From an uncultured Verrucomicrobiae bacterium (GTDB lineage: Bacteria > Verrucomicrobiota > Verrucomicrobiia > Limisphaerales > Palsa-1400), in NCBI GenBank assembly GCA_963707025.1, contig CAVPOM010000005.1, positions 256,001-320,000 on the forward strand: a stretch of 64,000 nucleotides of DNA. Reading direction: 5' to 3'. How positions within the stretch are numbered: the stretch's first letter is position 1; every line of letters begins with the position of its first letter. Of this stretch, positions 38,431-49,228 are shown piece after piece. A program made the position numbers and the translations under genes. Below the pieces are notes generated by a model. It was given only the letters and a program-made list of their open reading frames with translations. It had not been told where the DNA came from and ran no database searches.

Positions 38431-39858
38431 CAGTCTGCTTTCTCTCATTTCCAGCAGACCAACAAAAGTCTATCTTCTTCAGCAGTGGTCTAGTTTTTGG
38501 GGACCCCCTCAATCTCATTCCTGCGCATGAAGTCTCCAAAATAGCGCGGGAGACCGGGGCTCTGGATAAGTCGCGCACCTTCAGTCCGTGGAGTCACACG
38601 GTCAGTTTGCTGGACGCGCAACTCACCCATTGCATCGGACTCAACGATCTGTGCGACTCGCTGCAATTGCATTCCGGGCCGCTGTCCACTTTGCGCGGCG
38701 CCAGCGCCCCCAGCCGCAACGGCCTCTCCCACGCCAACCGGGAGCGTCCGGCCCAGATGGCCGAACAACTCTTCTGGCGGGTCCTGGAGCATTTGAAAGC
38801 ACAGACGCCCGGCTTTGCCGCGGGCCAGCGCCGTGGCCCCGCCTTCCGTTTCAAGATGCCCATCCATGTGATTGATAGCACGACCATGGAACTGGTGGCC
38901 AACTGCCTGGACTGGGCCAAGCACCGCCGGCGCAAGGCCGCCGCCAAAACCCATATGCGGTTGAATCTGCAGAATCTTTTGCCCGGTTTTGTCATTGTGG
39001 ACACTGCCGCCGAGCACGACAACCGACGGGCGCGGGAACTGTGCGCCGACTTGAAGAGCGGCGAAATCGCCTTGTTCGACAAGGGTTATGTGGACTTCGG
39101 CCACTTGCGGGATTTGGACGGGCGCGGGGTCTTTTGGGTGACGCGGGCCAAGGAGAACATGGGCTATGAGGTGGTGCGGAAAATGCCCGCCTCCAGAGAC
39201 CCGAAGATTTTGCGCGACGAAGTGATCGTCCTGAGCAACGAGAACAAACCCGCGCCGGAGTTGATGCGCCGGGTGGTGGCGCTGGTCGAGATTGATGGAG
39301 AGGAACGGGAAATGACCTTCCTGACCAACAACCTGGAGTGGAGTCCGCGCAGCGTGGCCGACCTTTACCGCTGCCGCTGGCAGATCGAAGTCTTCTTCAA
39401 ACAAATCAAGCAGACCTTGCAGTTGGCGGATTTTCTGGGCCACAACGCCAACGCCGTGCGCTGGCAGGTGTGGACGGCGCTGTTGACCTACGTGCTGTTG
39501 CGCTACCTCAGTCACCTCTCCAACTGGGCGCACAGCTTCACCCGGCTGTTCACGATTTTGCGGGCGGCGCTCTGGGAGAAATATGATCTGCTCAATTTGC
39601 TGGCGTGCTATGGGACAGCAGGCGGCAGCTTTCGCCACTTGGCGCGGCCCGAGCAGGCGTATTTCCCCGGCTTCCAATAAAGCTATGGGACAGCACACGC
39701 GCCCAAACAGGCGCATACCAAACCCAAAAGCCAAACTCGGAAAAATCAAAATCTCATTTTACCCCGAAGACCAATTAAACCCTTGCAAATGAACAGGTCA
39801 GCACCAGACTTTTCCCCTTATGAGACGGGTGTGGAAAGTTGTCATGGTGTGGGAGATG

Positions 39859-39900
39859 CTCTAACAATTAATATACAGCAGGTTGTTCGTGGATTACAAC
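39859..39900 (-). other. Putative attI
   Basis: Minus strand ...CTGTATATTAATT-GTTAGAG immediately before the first cassette ATG, divergent from the intI remnant. Confidence 0.65.
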
Positions 39901-39906
39901 GGTCAA

Positions 39907-40131
39907 ATCAATACTGACGAAGCGGTGCGGCGCCTTGCGGCAGTTGTTCGACGCAAGCATCTTACACTCGCGGCCGAGCGCACTTGCTGCGCCTGGCTCA
40001 GGCGATATTGCGACTTCCTCAAAGGGCTGCCGTTGCGTATGCCAGGTGAACATAAACAGGAACGGTTTCTGACCGTCCTGGCCCAAAAGAATGCCGCCGC
40101 CAGCACCCAAAATCAAGCCTTTAATGCCATT
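39907..40131 (+). pseudogene. intI: Integron integrase N-terminal (SAM-like) fragment
   Basis: VRRKHLTLAAERT..W.RRY..F...FLTVLA...AASTQNQAFNAI; catalytic domain absent; probable start codon reads ATC. Confidence 0.75.
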
Positions 40132-40545
40132 AACTCCAAAATGCAGCCGCCCCGCACTACAGCCGTCTTGGATTGTCCATCCTCCAATTTGATCCCGGCA
40201 TAATTCATCTTCAAGCGCGCCTCCGTGCCCTGGCGTTGGCGACGACGGGTGTGCTCCTGTCCAAATCTCGCTCCATCGGCAGCCCAATCCGCCCCCATCC
40301 ACACATCGGACGAGTGCCTTCACTATTCACCATTCACCATTCACCATTCAGCATTTCCCTCCGGCAGGCAAACCGCCCTTTTCGCCAAACTATTTTCACT
40401 TTTGCAAATCCACTTGTTTGGGGGCAAAACGGGTTTGACCGGCTGTTTACAAGGGTTTTTTCGGGGTCACCACCCCCGTTTTCCGGCATGCATTTTGTAC
40501 CCACGGTGGGCAGTCCCTTTTTCAAACCTGTGGTTTAATAGTTCC

Positions 40546-41385
40546 ATGAACACTAAACCATCAATGGAAACCACTGAAAACATTAACCCCGGCACCGCGG
40601 CGGCGGGTCCGCCCTCCTGCGCCGCGCCTGCGGAGGGCAGACAATCCGCCCTGATTCGCCCCCCTCGCTGTTCCCACCCCGCCGCATCCTCAACCTGCCG
40701 CCCTGCGCCGAACAACCTCAACCGTCCCCGCAACAACATCGCCCGCCTGCCTCGCGAGGTCCGCGAAATCGTCAACCAGGCCCTGCGCGAAGGCGAGGAT
40801 TACCGCATCATCATTGCCCGCGTCGAGCACCTGGTCGGCAAATTCCACGGCGTCTATCGCTCCAACCTCTCCTCCTGGCTCAGAACCGGCTACCGCGAAT
40901 GGCTCGGCCAAAAAACCCATCTGGAAGACACCATCGCCCTCAACGACGCCGCCCTCACCCAACTGGCCCGCCTCAAAAAAGAAACCGGCGCCGACCTCTC
41001 CGACCTGCTCGAATCCTTCCTCCTCTCCCTGGTGCAAAAGACCCTCCGGGACTTCGACCCCGCCGCGCTCAACGCCCTCCTCGCCGACAAGCCCGCCGAT
41101 GTTTTCCGCCTCATCGCCTGCCTCAACAACCACATCGCCGCCCGCTCCAAGGACAAGACCGCCGAAGTCGCCCGCGCCCGATGCCAGGTGCAACTCGCCG
41201 AAAAAGCCCAATCCACCCGCGAACAACCCGTTCCGGCCCAAAAGCAGTGGGAATGCGAAATGCTGCGCAAAACCATGGGCACCCCTTCCGAACAGTGGCT
41301 GCGCGCCCATAACTTCACTGCCTCCGGCGAAAAGATGAAAAAGCCCCGCCCCGCCTCCAAAACCGCGCAAACGGGCCCAGGCTGA
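40546..41385 (+). CDS. Hypothetical protein with DUF3486/Mu gp27-like N-terminal motif
   Basis: NIARLPREVREIVNQALREG...SNLSSWLRTGYREWL. Confidence 0.5.
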   Translation: MNTKPSMETTENINPGTAAAGPPSCAAPAEGRQSALIRPPRCSHPAASSTCRPAPNNLNRPRNNIARLPREVREIVNQALREGEDYRIIIARVEHLVGKFHGVYRSNLSSWLRTGYREWLGQKTHLEDTIALNDAALTQLARLKKETGADLSDLLESFLLSLVQKTLRDFDPAALNALLADKPADVFRLIACLNNHIAARSKDKTAEVARARCQVQLAEKAQSTREQPVPAQKQWECEMLRKTMGTPSEQWLRAHNFTASGEKMKKPRPASKTAQTGPG

Positions 41386-41440
41386 TTTCAGTTAATTTCA
41401 CCTGGTTTCACCTGGTTTCACTTGATTTCACCTAATTTCA
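41381..41440. repeat. Six 10-bp tandem units (consensus SYTRRTTTCA)
   Basis: Directly visible at the stop codon of the previous gene. Confidence 0.85.
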
Positions 41441-41645
41441 GTTCGAGGGAGGGGGGGGGCCTGCTCCACACAGCCAGGCGCCTCTCCCTCCGCGCCGCCT
41501 GCTCTGCGATGGCCTGCGCCTCCGGCCCGTCGGCACAGTCCCTTCACCCAGCCGCGCCCCGAAGGATGTTCGACGAAAGAAGATTGCCTTTTTGGCCGAT
41601 AGCACTACAGTGGCGTGGTTTACAGAGATTGATCATTAGCCCATC

Positions 41646-42497
41646 ATGCTTGGCACCTTAAATCCCAGCGAAGAGGCCCAATTGCGGCAGACGATTGAGA
41701 TGTTTGAGGTCATCACTCAATCGCAGCCGCAGGACTATCAATCGTTGGAAATCCTGAAGGAGGCCTATCTCAAGCTGGGCTTGGAAAGCGAGGTCATCCA
41801 GACCTCCAAACGGATCGCGCAGGCTTATGTGCAACTGGGGCAGCTCTCCTCGGCCATCCTGGAGTTTGAAACCATCCTGCAGCGCCATCCCGAAGACCGC
41901 GACGCCATGGAGGCCATGGCCCACATTGAAAGCCAGGCAAACAACCTGAACAAGCCGCCCCCCATGGAGGTGGAACCCCTGCTGGCAAAAAGCGGTTTGA
42001 CCACCATGACCAAAAAGCCGGGGGGCAAAGCCGCGCCCCAGATCGAGGTGGATGACGGCCGGGCGCCGATGCACAAGATCTTTGTGGAGAGCAAGTTGAT
42101 TTCGGCGGGGGATTTTGACATGTACTGGCCGGCGCCCAAGTTGACCGTCGCTCCGGCCAAGACGGTGGATCCCTTCATCCAAGTCCTGGCGGAAAGGCAA
42201 CTCATGCCGCTGGACAAGTCGCTCAAACTTTTGGCCGACCGGTCGCGCCTGGCCTATGTGCCGCTGGACCGCTACGATCTGGACACCGATTTGGCGCGGA
42301 AAAGCTCGCGGGAGTGCTGCCAGCGTTGGTGCGTGCTGCCCTTTGACCGGATGAGTGAAGCGGTGCTGGTGGCGACCTGCAACCCTTTCAACAAACAAGC
42401 CGCCCTGGATCTGGGCAGCACGCTGAAGAACCGCCTGCTCTGGTACCTGGCCTCGCCCACCAACCTGGTCAGAATCCTGGGCAAAATATTCCGCTGA
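41646..42497 (+). CDS. TPR plus T2SSE_N-like domain protein
   Basis: N-terminal helical repeat; C-terminal CQRWCVLPFD...VLVATCNPF. Confidence 0.65.
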   Translation: MLGTLNPSEEAQLRQTIEMFEVITQSQPQDYQSLEILKEAYLKLGLESEVIQTSKRIAQAYVQLGQLSSAILEFETILQRHPEDRDAMEAMAHIESQANNLNKPPPMEVEPLLAKSGLTTMTKKPGGKAAPQIEVDDGRAPMHKIFVESKLISAGDFDMYWPAPKLTVAPAKTVDPFIQVLAERQLMPLDKSLKLLADRSRLAYVPLDRYDLDTDLARKSSRECCQRWCVLPFDRMSEAVLVATCNPFNKQAALDLGSTLKNRLLWYLASPTNLVRILGKIFR

Positions 42498-42502
42498 TCC
42501 CC

Positions 42503-44245
42503 ATGCCCACTCCCAAAACACTTGGTGAACGCATCGCCGACGCCCTGGTCGAGGACGGCCTGCTCACGCCCGCCCAAGTGCAGGAGTTGCTGGAGAAACA
42601 AAAGAAGGAAGGGATCCGTTTCATCAAGCTGGTCGTGGAAAAATCCTACATTAACGAGCAGGACCTGGTGGTTTGCATGGGCCGGGTGCTCAACACCTCC
42701 CCGGTCAATGTCTCCCGCATCATGCCCACGGCGGAAATGTCGGAGTTGATTCCCCGGGACATTGCCACCAATTACAAAGTCTTCCCCGTTTCCAAGCTGG
42801 GCAACCGGCTTTACCTGGCCATGGCCGATCCCCTCAACGTGCTGGCGGTGGATGATGTCAAACGCCTCACCAAACTGGAAGTCTATCCCCTCATCGCCTC
42901 GGAAAAAGCCATCCTGGACCGCATCGCCAATGCGGACACCTCCCGCACCGCCAGCATGGAGGAAATCATCAAGCAATCCACCGAGCAGGCCGAGGCGGAG
43001 GCGGACGCGGAAAGCCTGGTGCTGACGACCGAAACGACCGAAACGACCGACCTGGCCCAACTGGCCAGTTCCAGCGAAGAAGCGCCCGTCATCAAACTGG
43101 CCAACCTCATCCTGGTCCAGGCCATCAAGGACCGGGCCAGCGATATTCACATCGAACCCTTCGAGACCATGGTCCGGCTGCGCTACCGCATTGACGGCGG
43201 GCTGATAGACATGCCGCCGCCCCCGAAGAATTTGCAGGTGGCCCTGACCTCGCGCATCAAAGTGATGAGCAGCCTGGACATTTCCGAACGGCGCCTGCCC
43301 CAGGACGGCCGCATGCGGGTGCGGGTGGGCGGGCGCGACATTGATTTGCGCGTCTCCTTCCTCCCCACCGTCCATGGCGAGAAATGCGTGCTGCGCGTGC
43401 TGGACAAATCCAACCTCTCGGCCAGCATGGACAAGCTGGGGATTGACGCGGAAACTTTTGTGCGCTTCAAGGCGGCGGTGGACGCGCCCCACGGGTTGAT
43501 CCTGGTGACCGGCCCGACCGGCTCGGGCAAAACCACCACCCTCTACTCCGCGCTCAACGAACTGAACAGCCCGCAATTCAACATCATCACCGTGGAGGAC
43601 CCGGTGGAATTTCAACTGCCGGGGATCAACCAGGTTCCTGTCAAGAAGGAAATTGGGTTGACCTTCGCCAACGCCCTGCGCTCCATTTTGCGGCAGGACC
43701 CGGACATCATCATGATCGGGGAAATCCGCGACACGGAAACGGCGGAGATCGCCGTGGAATCCGCCCTGACCGGCCACCAGGTCTTGAGCACCATGCACTG
43801 CAACGACGCCGCCGGGGCGATTGCCCGCCTGGATGACATGGAGATTGCGCCGTTTTTGATTTCTTCGGCGGTCATCATCTCCTGCGGCCAGCGCCTGCTG
43901 CGCCGCATCTGCAACAACTGCAAGGAGCCGGTGAGTTATCCGGAAAAAATGTTCGCCGACCTGGGGATGAACGCGGCGGAATTCGAGGGGGTGACGCTCT
44001 TTCGCGGGCGCGGCTGCGAGCGCTGCAAGAACACCGGCTACTCCGGCCGCCTGGCCATCATCGAAGCGATGCCCATGACCGACGAGATCCGGAAAATGAT
44101 CATCAAACGGGCCAGCGCCCAGGAAATCGGCAAGGTGGCCATCGAGCAAGGCATGAAAACGCTGCGCATGGTCGCCCTGGAAAAAGTGCGCGAGGGCGCT
44201 TCCACTCTCGAACAAACCCTGCTCATCACCTTCGGCGAGCATTAA
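42503..44245 (+). CDS. pilB: Type IV pilus/T2SS assembly ATPase (PilB/GspE)
   Basis: ASDIHIEP, GPTGSGKTTT, LRQDPDIIMIGEIRD, CxxC zinc motifs. Confidence 0.88.
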   Translation: MPTPKTLGERIADALVEDGLLTPAQVQELLEKQKKEGIRFIKLVVEKSYINEQDLVVCMGRVLNTSPVNVSRIMPTAEMSELIPRDIATNYKVFPVSKLGNRLYLAMADPLNVLAVDDVKRLTKLEVYPLIASEKAILDRIANADTSRTASMEEIIKQSTEQAEAEADAESLVLTTETTETTDLAQLASSSEEAPVIKLANLILVQAIKDRASDIHIEPFETMVRLRYRIDGGLIDMPPPPKNLQVALTSRIKVMSSLDISERRLPQDGRMRVRVGGRDIDLRVSFLPTVHGEKCVLRVLDKSNLSASMDKLGIDAETFVRFKAAVDAPHGLILVTGPTGSGKTTTLYSALNELNSPQFNIITVEDPVEFQLPGINQVPVKKEIGLTFANALRSILRQDPDIIMIGEIRDTETAEIAVESALTGHQVLSTMHCNDAAGAIARLDDMEIAPFLISSAVIISCGQRLLRRICNNCKEPVSYPEKMFADLGMNAAEFEGVTLFRGRGCERCKNTGYSGRLAIIEAMPMTDEIRKMIIKRASAQEIGKVAIEQGMKTLRMVALEKVREGASTLEQTLLITFGEH

Positions 44246-44265
44246 CCGCTTCGCCCGGCCGGCCC

Positions 44266-45471
44266 ATGTGTTCTCTGGAGGAAGCGCTGGAAAAAATTCT
44301 CGCCGCCACCGTGCCGTTGCCTTCCTGCGCGGTTGCCTTGGCCAACGCCTTTAGACGGATTGCCGCCGCGGCGGTTTTTTCGCCAGTGAATTTGCCGCCC
44401 GCTGACAACTCATCGGTGGACGGCTACGCGTTGCGGGCTGCTGATCTGGCCGCTGCCACCGCCGCCTCGCCGGTCGCCTTGTGCTTGGCTGGGTACTCTC
44501 CCGCCGGGGGGACTTTCTTGGGCACGCTTCAACCCGGTGAGTGCGTGCGTGTCTTCACAGGCTCGGTCGTGCCGCGCGGCGCCGATGCCGTCGTCATGCA
44601 GGAGGATGTTGAAACCCAGCCCGGTCATCCGAGAAGCATCGTCTTTTTTGAGGGCGTCCGGGCTGGGGAAAATACCCGCTTTCTCGGGGAAGATGTCAAG
44701 CGGGGCAGCGTTTTGATAGACGCTGGCGAAAAATTCACCGCGGGGCGGCTCGCCTTGCTGGCAGCGACGGGCATTGACATGGTGCCTTGCTGCCTCCAGC
44801 CCGTGGTGGGCCTTGTTGCCACGGGAAGTGAATTGCGGGAGCCGGGCCGCCCTTTGGAACCGGGCGCTATTTACGAAAGCAACCGGCTGAGTTTGTCCGT
44901 CCTGGCCGAGCAGGCCGGTGCCGTTACAAGAATCCCTCCGCTGGTCACCGACGATTTGGCGGCAACCAAATTCGCTCTTGAACAGGCGTTTTCCTACTGT
45001 GATGTCGTCGTGACCACGGGGGGCATTTCGGTCGGGGACATGGACTGGGTCCGAAAGGCATTCGCGGAGATCGGCGGCCAATTGGATTTCTGGGAAGTGG
45101 CGATGAAGCCGGGCAAACCGTTTGCCTTCGGACGCCGGGAGGGAAAACTTTTCTTCGGCCTGCCGGGAAATCCCGTTTCCGCGCTGGTGACTTTTTTTCT
45201 GCTGGTGCGTCCGGCTCTTCTCCAGTTGCAAGGGGCGCGCGACATTCTGCCGCCGCGCCAGCCCGCCGCGCTGGCCGAGGCGCTGGCCAATCCCGGCGAG
45301 CGGCGGCATTTTATGCGGGTCACTTTGGAGGAGGGTGGCCAGGCGCGCTCGGCCGGGAAGCAGGCGTCCCATATTCTCAGCGCCACGGCCCGGAGCCACG
45401 GCTTAGTGGATGTGCCGCCGAACACCACCTTGCCGGCCGGCACGGTCGTGCCGGTGTGGCGGTGGGATTGA
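44266..45471 (+). CDS. moeA: Molybdopterin molybdotransferase
   Basis: NSSVDGYA, GADAVVMQED, TTGGISVGDMD, MKPGKP, LPGNPVS. Confidence 0.95.
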   Translation: MCSLEEALEKILAATVPLPSCAVALANAFRRIAAAAVFSPVNLPPADNSSVDGYALRAADLAAATAASPVALCLAGYSPAGGTFLGTLQPGECVRVFTGSVVPRGADAVVMQEDVETQPGHPRSIVFFEGVRAGENTRFLGEDVKRGSVLIDAGEKFTAGRLALLAATGIDMVPCCLQPVVGLVATGSELREPGRPLEPGAIYESNRLSLSVLAEQAGAVTRIPPLVTDDLAATKFALEQAFSYCDVVVTTGGISVGDMDWVRKAFAEIGGQLDFWEVAMKPGKPFAFGRREGKLFFGLPGNPVSALVTFFLLVRPALLQLQGARDILPPRQPAALAEALANPGERRHFMRVTLEEGGQARSAGKQASHILSATARSHGLVDVPPNTTLPAGTVVPVWRWD

Positions 45472-45483
45472 GCAAAACTCCCC

Positions 45484-46482
45484 ATGTCTTCGGGCCAAAA
45501 ACCGCAGGCCGCCAAGGCGGTCGTGATCCTGACCGCCGCCACTTTTTTTTGGGCGGCCAGCTTTCTGGTCATGCGGGCGCTGGGGTTCCATCAGACGCGC
45601 CTGGTGCCGGGCGTCAACAGCCTCTTTTTGGCGGCGGTCTCGGTGCTGGGACGGTTTGGGCTGGCAGCGCTGATTCTGGCGGTTTGGCGCGGGCGCCATT
45701 TCGCCAGCTTCACCCGGCTGGAAATATGGCAGGGGGCGGGGTTGGGCGTGTTTGGCGGGAGCGGCATCCTGTTGCAAATGGACGGGGTCATCCACATCGC
45801 GGCCTCCACTTCCGCATTCTTGACACAGTGCTATTGCGTCTGGGTTCCGCTGGCGGTGGCCTGCCGGCGGCGCGAGTGGCCGTCCAAAACCCTGGTCGTT
45901 AGTTGCGCGCTGGTCCTGGGCGGGGTGGCGCTGCTGGCCGATCTGCACCCTTCCAACCTGCGTCTGGGGCGCGGCGAAGCGGAAACCCTGGTTGGCTCGC
46001 TCCTTTTCGCCGGACAAATCCTCTGGCTGGAACGTCCCCTCTTTGCCGCCGGCCGCGCCGTGCCGGTGACGCTTGTCATGTTTGCAGTGGTGGCGTTGCT
46101 GATTTTGCCGGTGGCCGTTTTCACCGGGAGCGGACCGCACGAGTGGGCGGCGGTATGCCATTCCGGGGCGGCAGCGGGCCTGACGGTTTTTCTGGCGCTG
46201 GTTTGCACGCTGGCTCCCTACACCATGATGAACGCCTGGCAGCAACAAATATCGGCCTCGCAGGCCAGCCTGATTTATGCCTGCGAGCCGCTCTTCACCA
46301 GCGTCTTCGCGCTGTTTATGCCGGCGTGGCTTTCACGGCTGGCCGCTGTCAATTATCCCAACGAAGTCATGGGAGCGCATTTGCTGCTCGGCGGCGGTTT
46401 GGTCATCGCAGCCAATCTGCTCGTGTTATGGCAGGCGTCAAAAAAAGCTTCGCCTGTCCCCTGCCCTCTGCCCGGCGCATGA
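45484..46482 (+). CDS. DMT/EamA transporter
   Basis: About 10 TMs; QASLIYACEPLF. Confidence 0.85.
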   Translation: MSSGQKPQAAKAVVILTAATFFWAASFLVMRALGFHQTRLVPGVNSLFLAAVSVLGRFGLAALILAVWRGRHFASFTRLEIWQGAGLGVFGGSGILLQMDGVIHIAASTSAFLTQCYCVWVPLAVACRRREWPSKTLVVSCALVLGGVALLADLHPSNLRLGRGEAETLVGSLLFAGQILWLERPLFAAGRAVPVTLVMFAVVALLILPVAVFTGSGPHEWAAVCHSGAAAGLTVFLALVCTLAPYTMMNAWQQQISASQASLIYACEPLFTSVFALFMPAWLSRLAAVNYPNEVMGAHLLLGGGLVIAANLLVLWQASKKASPVPCPLPGA

Positions 46483-46620
46483 CGAAGCCGAGTTTCCAGA
46501 GAATTTGAGCCCATGACAAACGTCACCTTTGCAATGCCGGAAAAGGTCTTTGCTTCTTGCTTTCCTTCCCGCCGCGAATCGTTCTTCTCATGGGCCGCCG
46601 CCGCCGCTAGATTGGCCGAT

Positions 46621-49166
46621 GTGTCTGCGACGCTTTATGATCTGATCCCGCGCGACGGGGGTTGCGGCAATGATGTGTTGCTGGGGCGGTTTCTCGCCTA
46701 CGCCGAGGGCCGGCGGCTGCAACTTTATCCCGCCCAGGAAACGGCCATCCTCGAGTTGTTCGAAGAGAAGAACGTCATCTTGAACACGCCCACCGGCTCG
46801 GGGAAATCACTCGTCGCGGCGGCGGTCCAGTTCAAGGCCCTGGCCCAGAGGCAGCGCTCGGTTTATACCTGCCCGATCAAGGCGCTGGTCAACGAGAAAT
46901 GGCTCGCCCTCTGCCGCGAGTTCGGGCCGGAAAATGTCGGCCTCAGCACCGGCGACGCCGCGGTCAACCGCGAGGCGCCGGTGCTCTGCTGCACGGCGGA
47001 AATTCTGGCCAACCTCGCCCTGCGCGAGGGTGCGCAGGCCAACGTCCAGGAAGTCATCATGGACGAATTCCATTACTACGCCGACCGGGAGCGGGGGGCG
47101 GCCTGGCAGATTCCGTTGTTGACACTGCCCAAGGCCCGCTTTTTGTTGATGTCGGCCACGCTGGGGGAGACGGCGTTTTTCGAGGAGGAATTGACGAAGC
47201 TCAACGGGCGGCCGAGCGTGACCGTCCAGTCGCAGGACCGGCCGGTGCCTCTGGAATATGCTTACTCGGAAATTCCGCTGGCGCAAACGGTGGAAAGGCT
47301 GGCGCAAGAGGGGAGAAGCCCGGTTTATGTGGTGCATTTCACCCAACTGGAGGCGGCGCAGAGCGCGCAGGATTTCACCAGCATCAACGTTTGCACGCGC
47401 GAGGAAAAAGCCGCGCTGGGGAGCGCGCTGGAAGGATTCCAGTTCACCAGTCCTTACGGGCCGGACATCCGGCGCTGGCTCAAGCAGGGCATCGGCCTGC
47501 ATCACGCCGGGATTCTGCCCAAGTACCGCGTGCTGACGGAGCAACTGACGCAGCGGGGGCTGCTCAAGATCATTTGCGGCACGGACACGCTGGGGGCCGG
47601 GATCAACATGCCCATCCGCACCGTCCTTTTTTCGCGCCTGTGCAAATTTGACGGGCAGAAAACCGGGATTCTGAGCGCGCGCGATTTCCACCAGATTGCC
47701 GGCCGGGCGGGGCGCAAAGGGTTTGATGAGCGGGGCTGGGTGGTGGCGCAGGCGCCGGAACACTCGGTGGAGAATTTAAAGCTGGAAGAGAAAGAAGCCG
47801 GGGCGGCAAGAAGTCTGTCAAACACAAGCCGCCCGGGAAGAATTTTGTCAATTGGGACAAGCAGACTTACCTCCGGCTGATGGGCGCGCCGCCGGAACGG
47901 CTGGCTTCGCGTTTTCAAGTTTCGCACGGGATGTTGCTCAATGTGCTCAGCCGGAAAGGCGATGGCTGCCGCGCCCTGCAAAGGCTGCTGCGCGACTGCC
48001 ACGAAACGCCCAAGGCGAAGAAGGAGCACCGCCGACGGGCCTGGCAGTTGTTCCGTTCGCTGGTGGAGCGCAAGATCATCGAGTTCATTCCCAAAACGGC
48101 GGAGGGCGCCCGCCTGCGCGTGAACGCGGCCTTGCAGGATGATTTTTCGATGGACCAGGCCTTGTCGCTCTATCTGCACGAGACCCTGCCGCAGATGGAT
48201 GCGCAGGCGCCCGATTACGCGCTGGTGCTGCTGACCCTGGTGGAATCCATCCTGGAAGATCCGGACATCATTCTGCGCAAACAACTGGACCGGGTGAAGG
48301 ACCGGAAGATGGCGGAGATGAAGCTGGAGGGAATTGATTTTGACCGGCGGTTGGAGGAGTTGGAAAAGCTGGAATACCCCAAGCCGAACCGCGAATTCAT
48401 TTATGCCACTTTCAACGCCTTTGCCGACCGGCATCCCTGGGTGGGCCAGGACAACATCCGGCCCAAATCCATTGCCCGGGAGATGTTCGAGTCCTTCCGC
48501 TCTTTTGCCGATTACATCCGTGATTACCAATTGCAACGGGCCGAGGGCCTGCTCCTGCGGCACTTGTCGCAAGTTCACAAGACGCTGACCCAGGGCGTGC
48601 CGGACGCGGCCAAAAATGACGCCGTGCGCGAAATGGAAATTTATCTGGGAACGATGATTAAGCAGGTGGATTCCAGCCTGCTGGAGGAATGGGAAAAAAT
48701 GCGCGACCCGAATTATCAGCGCGCCGAAACCAGGGAAGTCCGCCAGGCCGGCGCCGGGGAAGCGGAGATGGACATCACGCGCGAGACCAAGGCGTTCACC
48801 GCGCTGGTGCGGAACCGCATTTTCACCTTTTTACGCGGCCTGGCGACGGGAGATTTTGAACAAGCCCTGGCGGCGCTCTCCGCGCCGGAGCAGCCCGGCG
48901 GCGAAGCGTGGACGGCGGGCCGTTTGCGCGAGGCGCTGGAGGGGTATCACGCCGAACACGAATCCATTTGCCTGGATCCCAACGCGCGCAACCTGCGCCA
49001 CACCTGCGTCATCCCCGCGGAGGACAAGCAACATTGGCGGGTGCAGCAGATGTTGATTGATGCGGAGGAACTGAACGACTGGGTGGCGGAGTTCGAGGTG
49101 GACTTGGCGCGGTCCAAGGCCAGCAACGAACCATTCCTTCTCTTGCATAGAATAGGGAACCTTTAG
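46621..49166 (+). pseudogene. DEAD/DEAH (Ski2-like) helicase with a frameshift near 47800
   Basis: [21 protein letters not shown]-terminal half continues in the frame of ORF 47880. Confidence 0.8.
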
Positions 49167-49228
49167 GCACTGGCCGATGCTTCAAACGGGATTGACCGGC
49201 GGCTCGGCCCGGCCCATGATTCGCTGAA

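Larger units (their letters stand above)
37036..38511 (-). mobile_element. IS3-family element, copy B
   Basis: TG..CA ends; IRs; ATC target duplication; diverged paralog of copy A. Confidence 0.95.
36972..39680 (+). pseudogene. IS4 DDE transposase (409 aa reconstructed)
   Basis: IDSTT, FDKGY, LYRCRWQIEVFFKQIKQ; ...RQICN|LIPAHE restored after removing IS3. Confidence 0.88.
36904..39833 (+). mobile_element. IS4-family element interrupted by IS3
   Basis: Imperfect IRs CACAGCCATCCCACAGG / CACACCCGTCTCATAAG; ends approximate; no clear target duplication. Confidence 0.7.
36559..39845 (-). pseudogene. Integron cassette 1: small TPR-like membrane protein split by IS4
   Basis: MTTF (39845-39834) joins in frame to ILILIFVG... 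(36903 downward) when the IS is removed. Confidence 0.65.

Noticed and set aside
38421..39680. Intact 419-aa IS4 transposase as in the ORF track
   Set aside because: Its N-terminus is IS3 end sequence; the real start is at 36972
41381..41440. Possible CRISPR array (also the hexamer tracts and GTTACA repeats)
   Set aside because: Units are 6-10 bp with no unique spacers, and no cas genes are present
42272..44242. 656-aa minus-strand ORF (likewise 52103..54076 and 38490..39749)
   Set aside because: Antisense shadows of well-supported genes
47780..47830. Programmed frameshift in the helicase
   Set aside because: No canonical slippery heptamer is evident; mutation or sequencing indel is more likely
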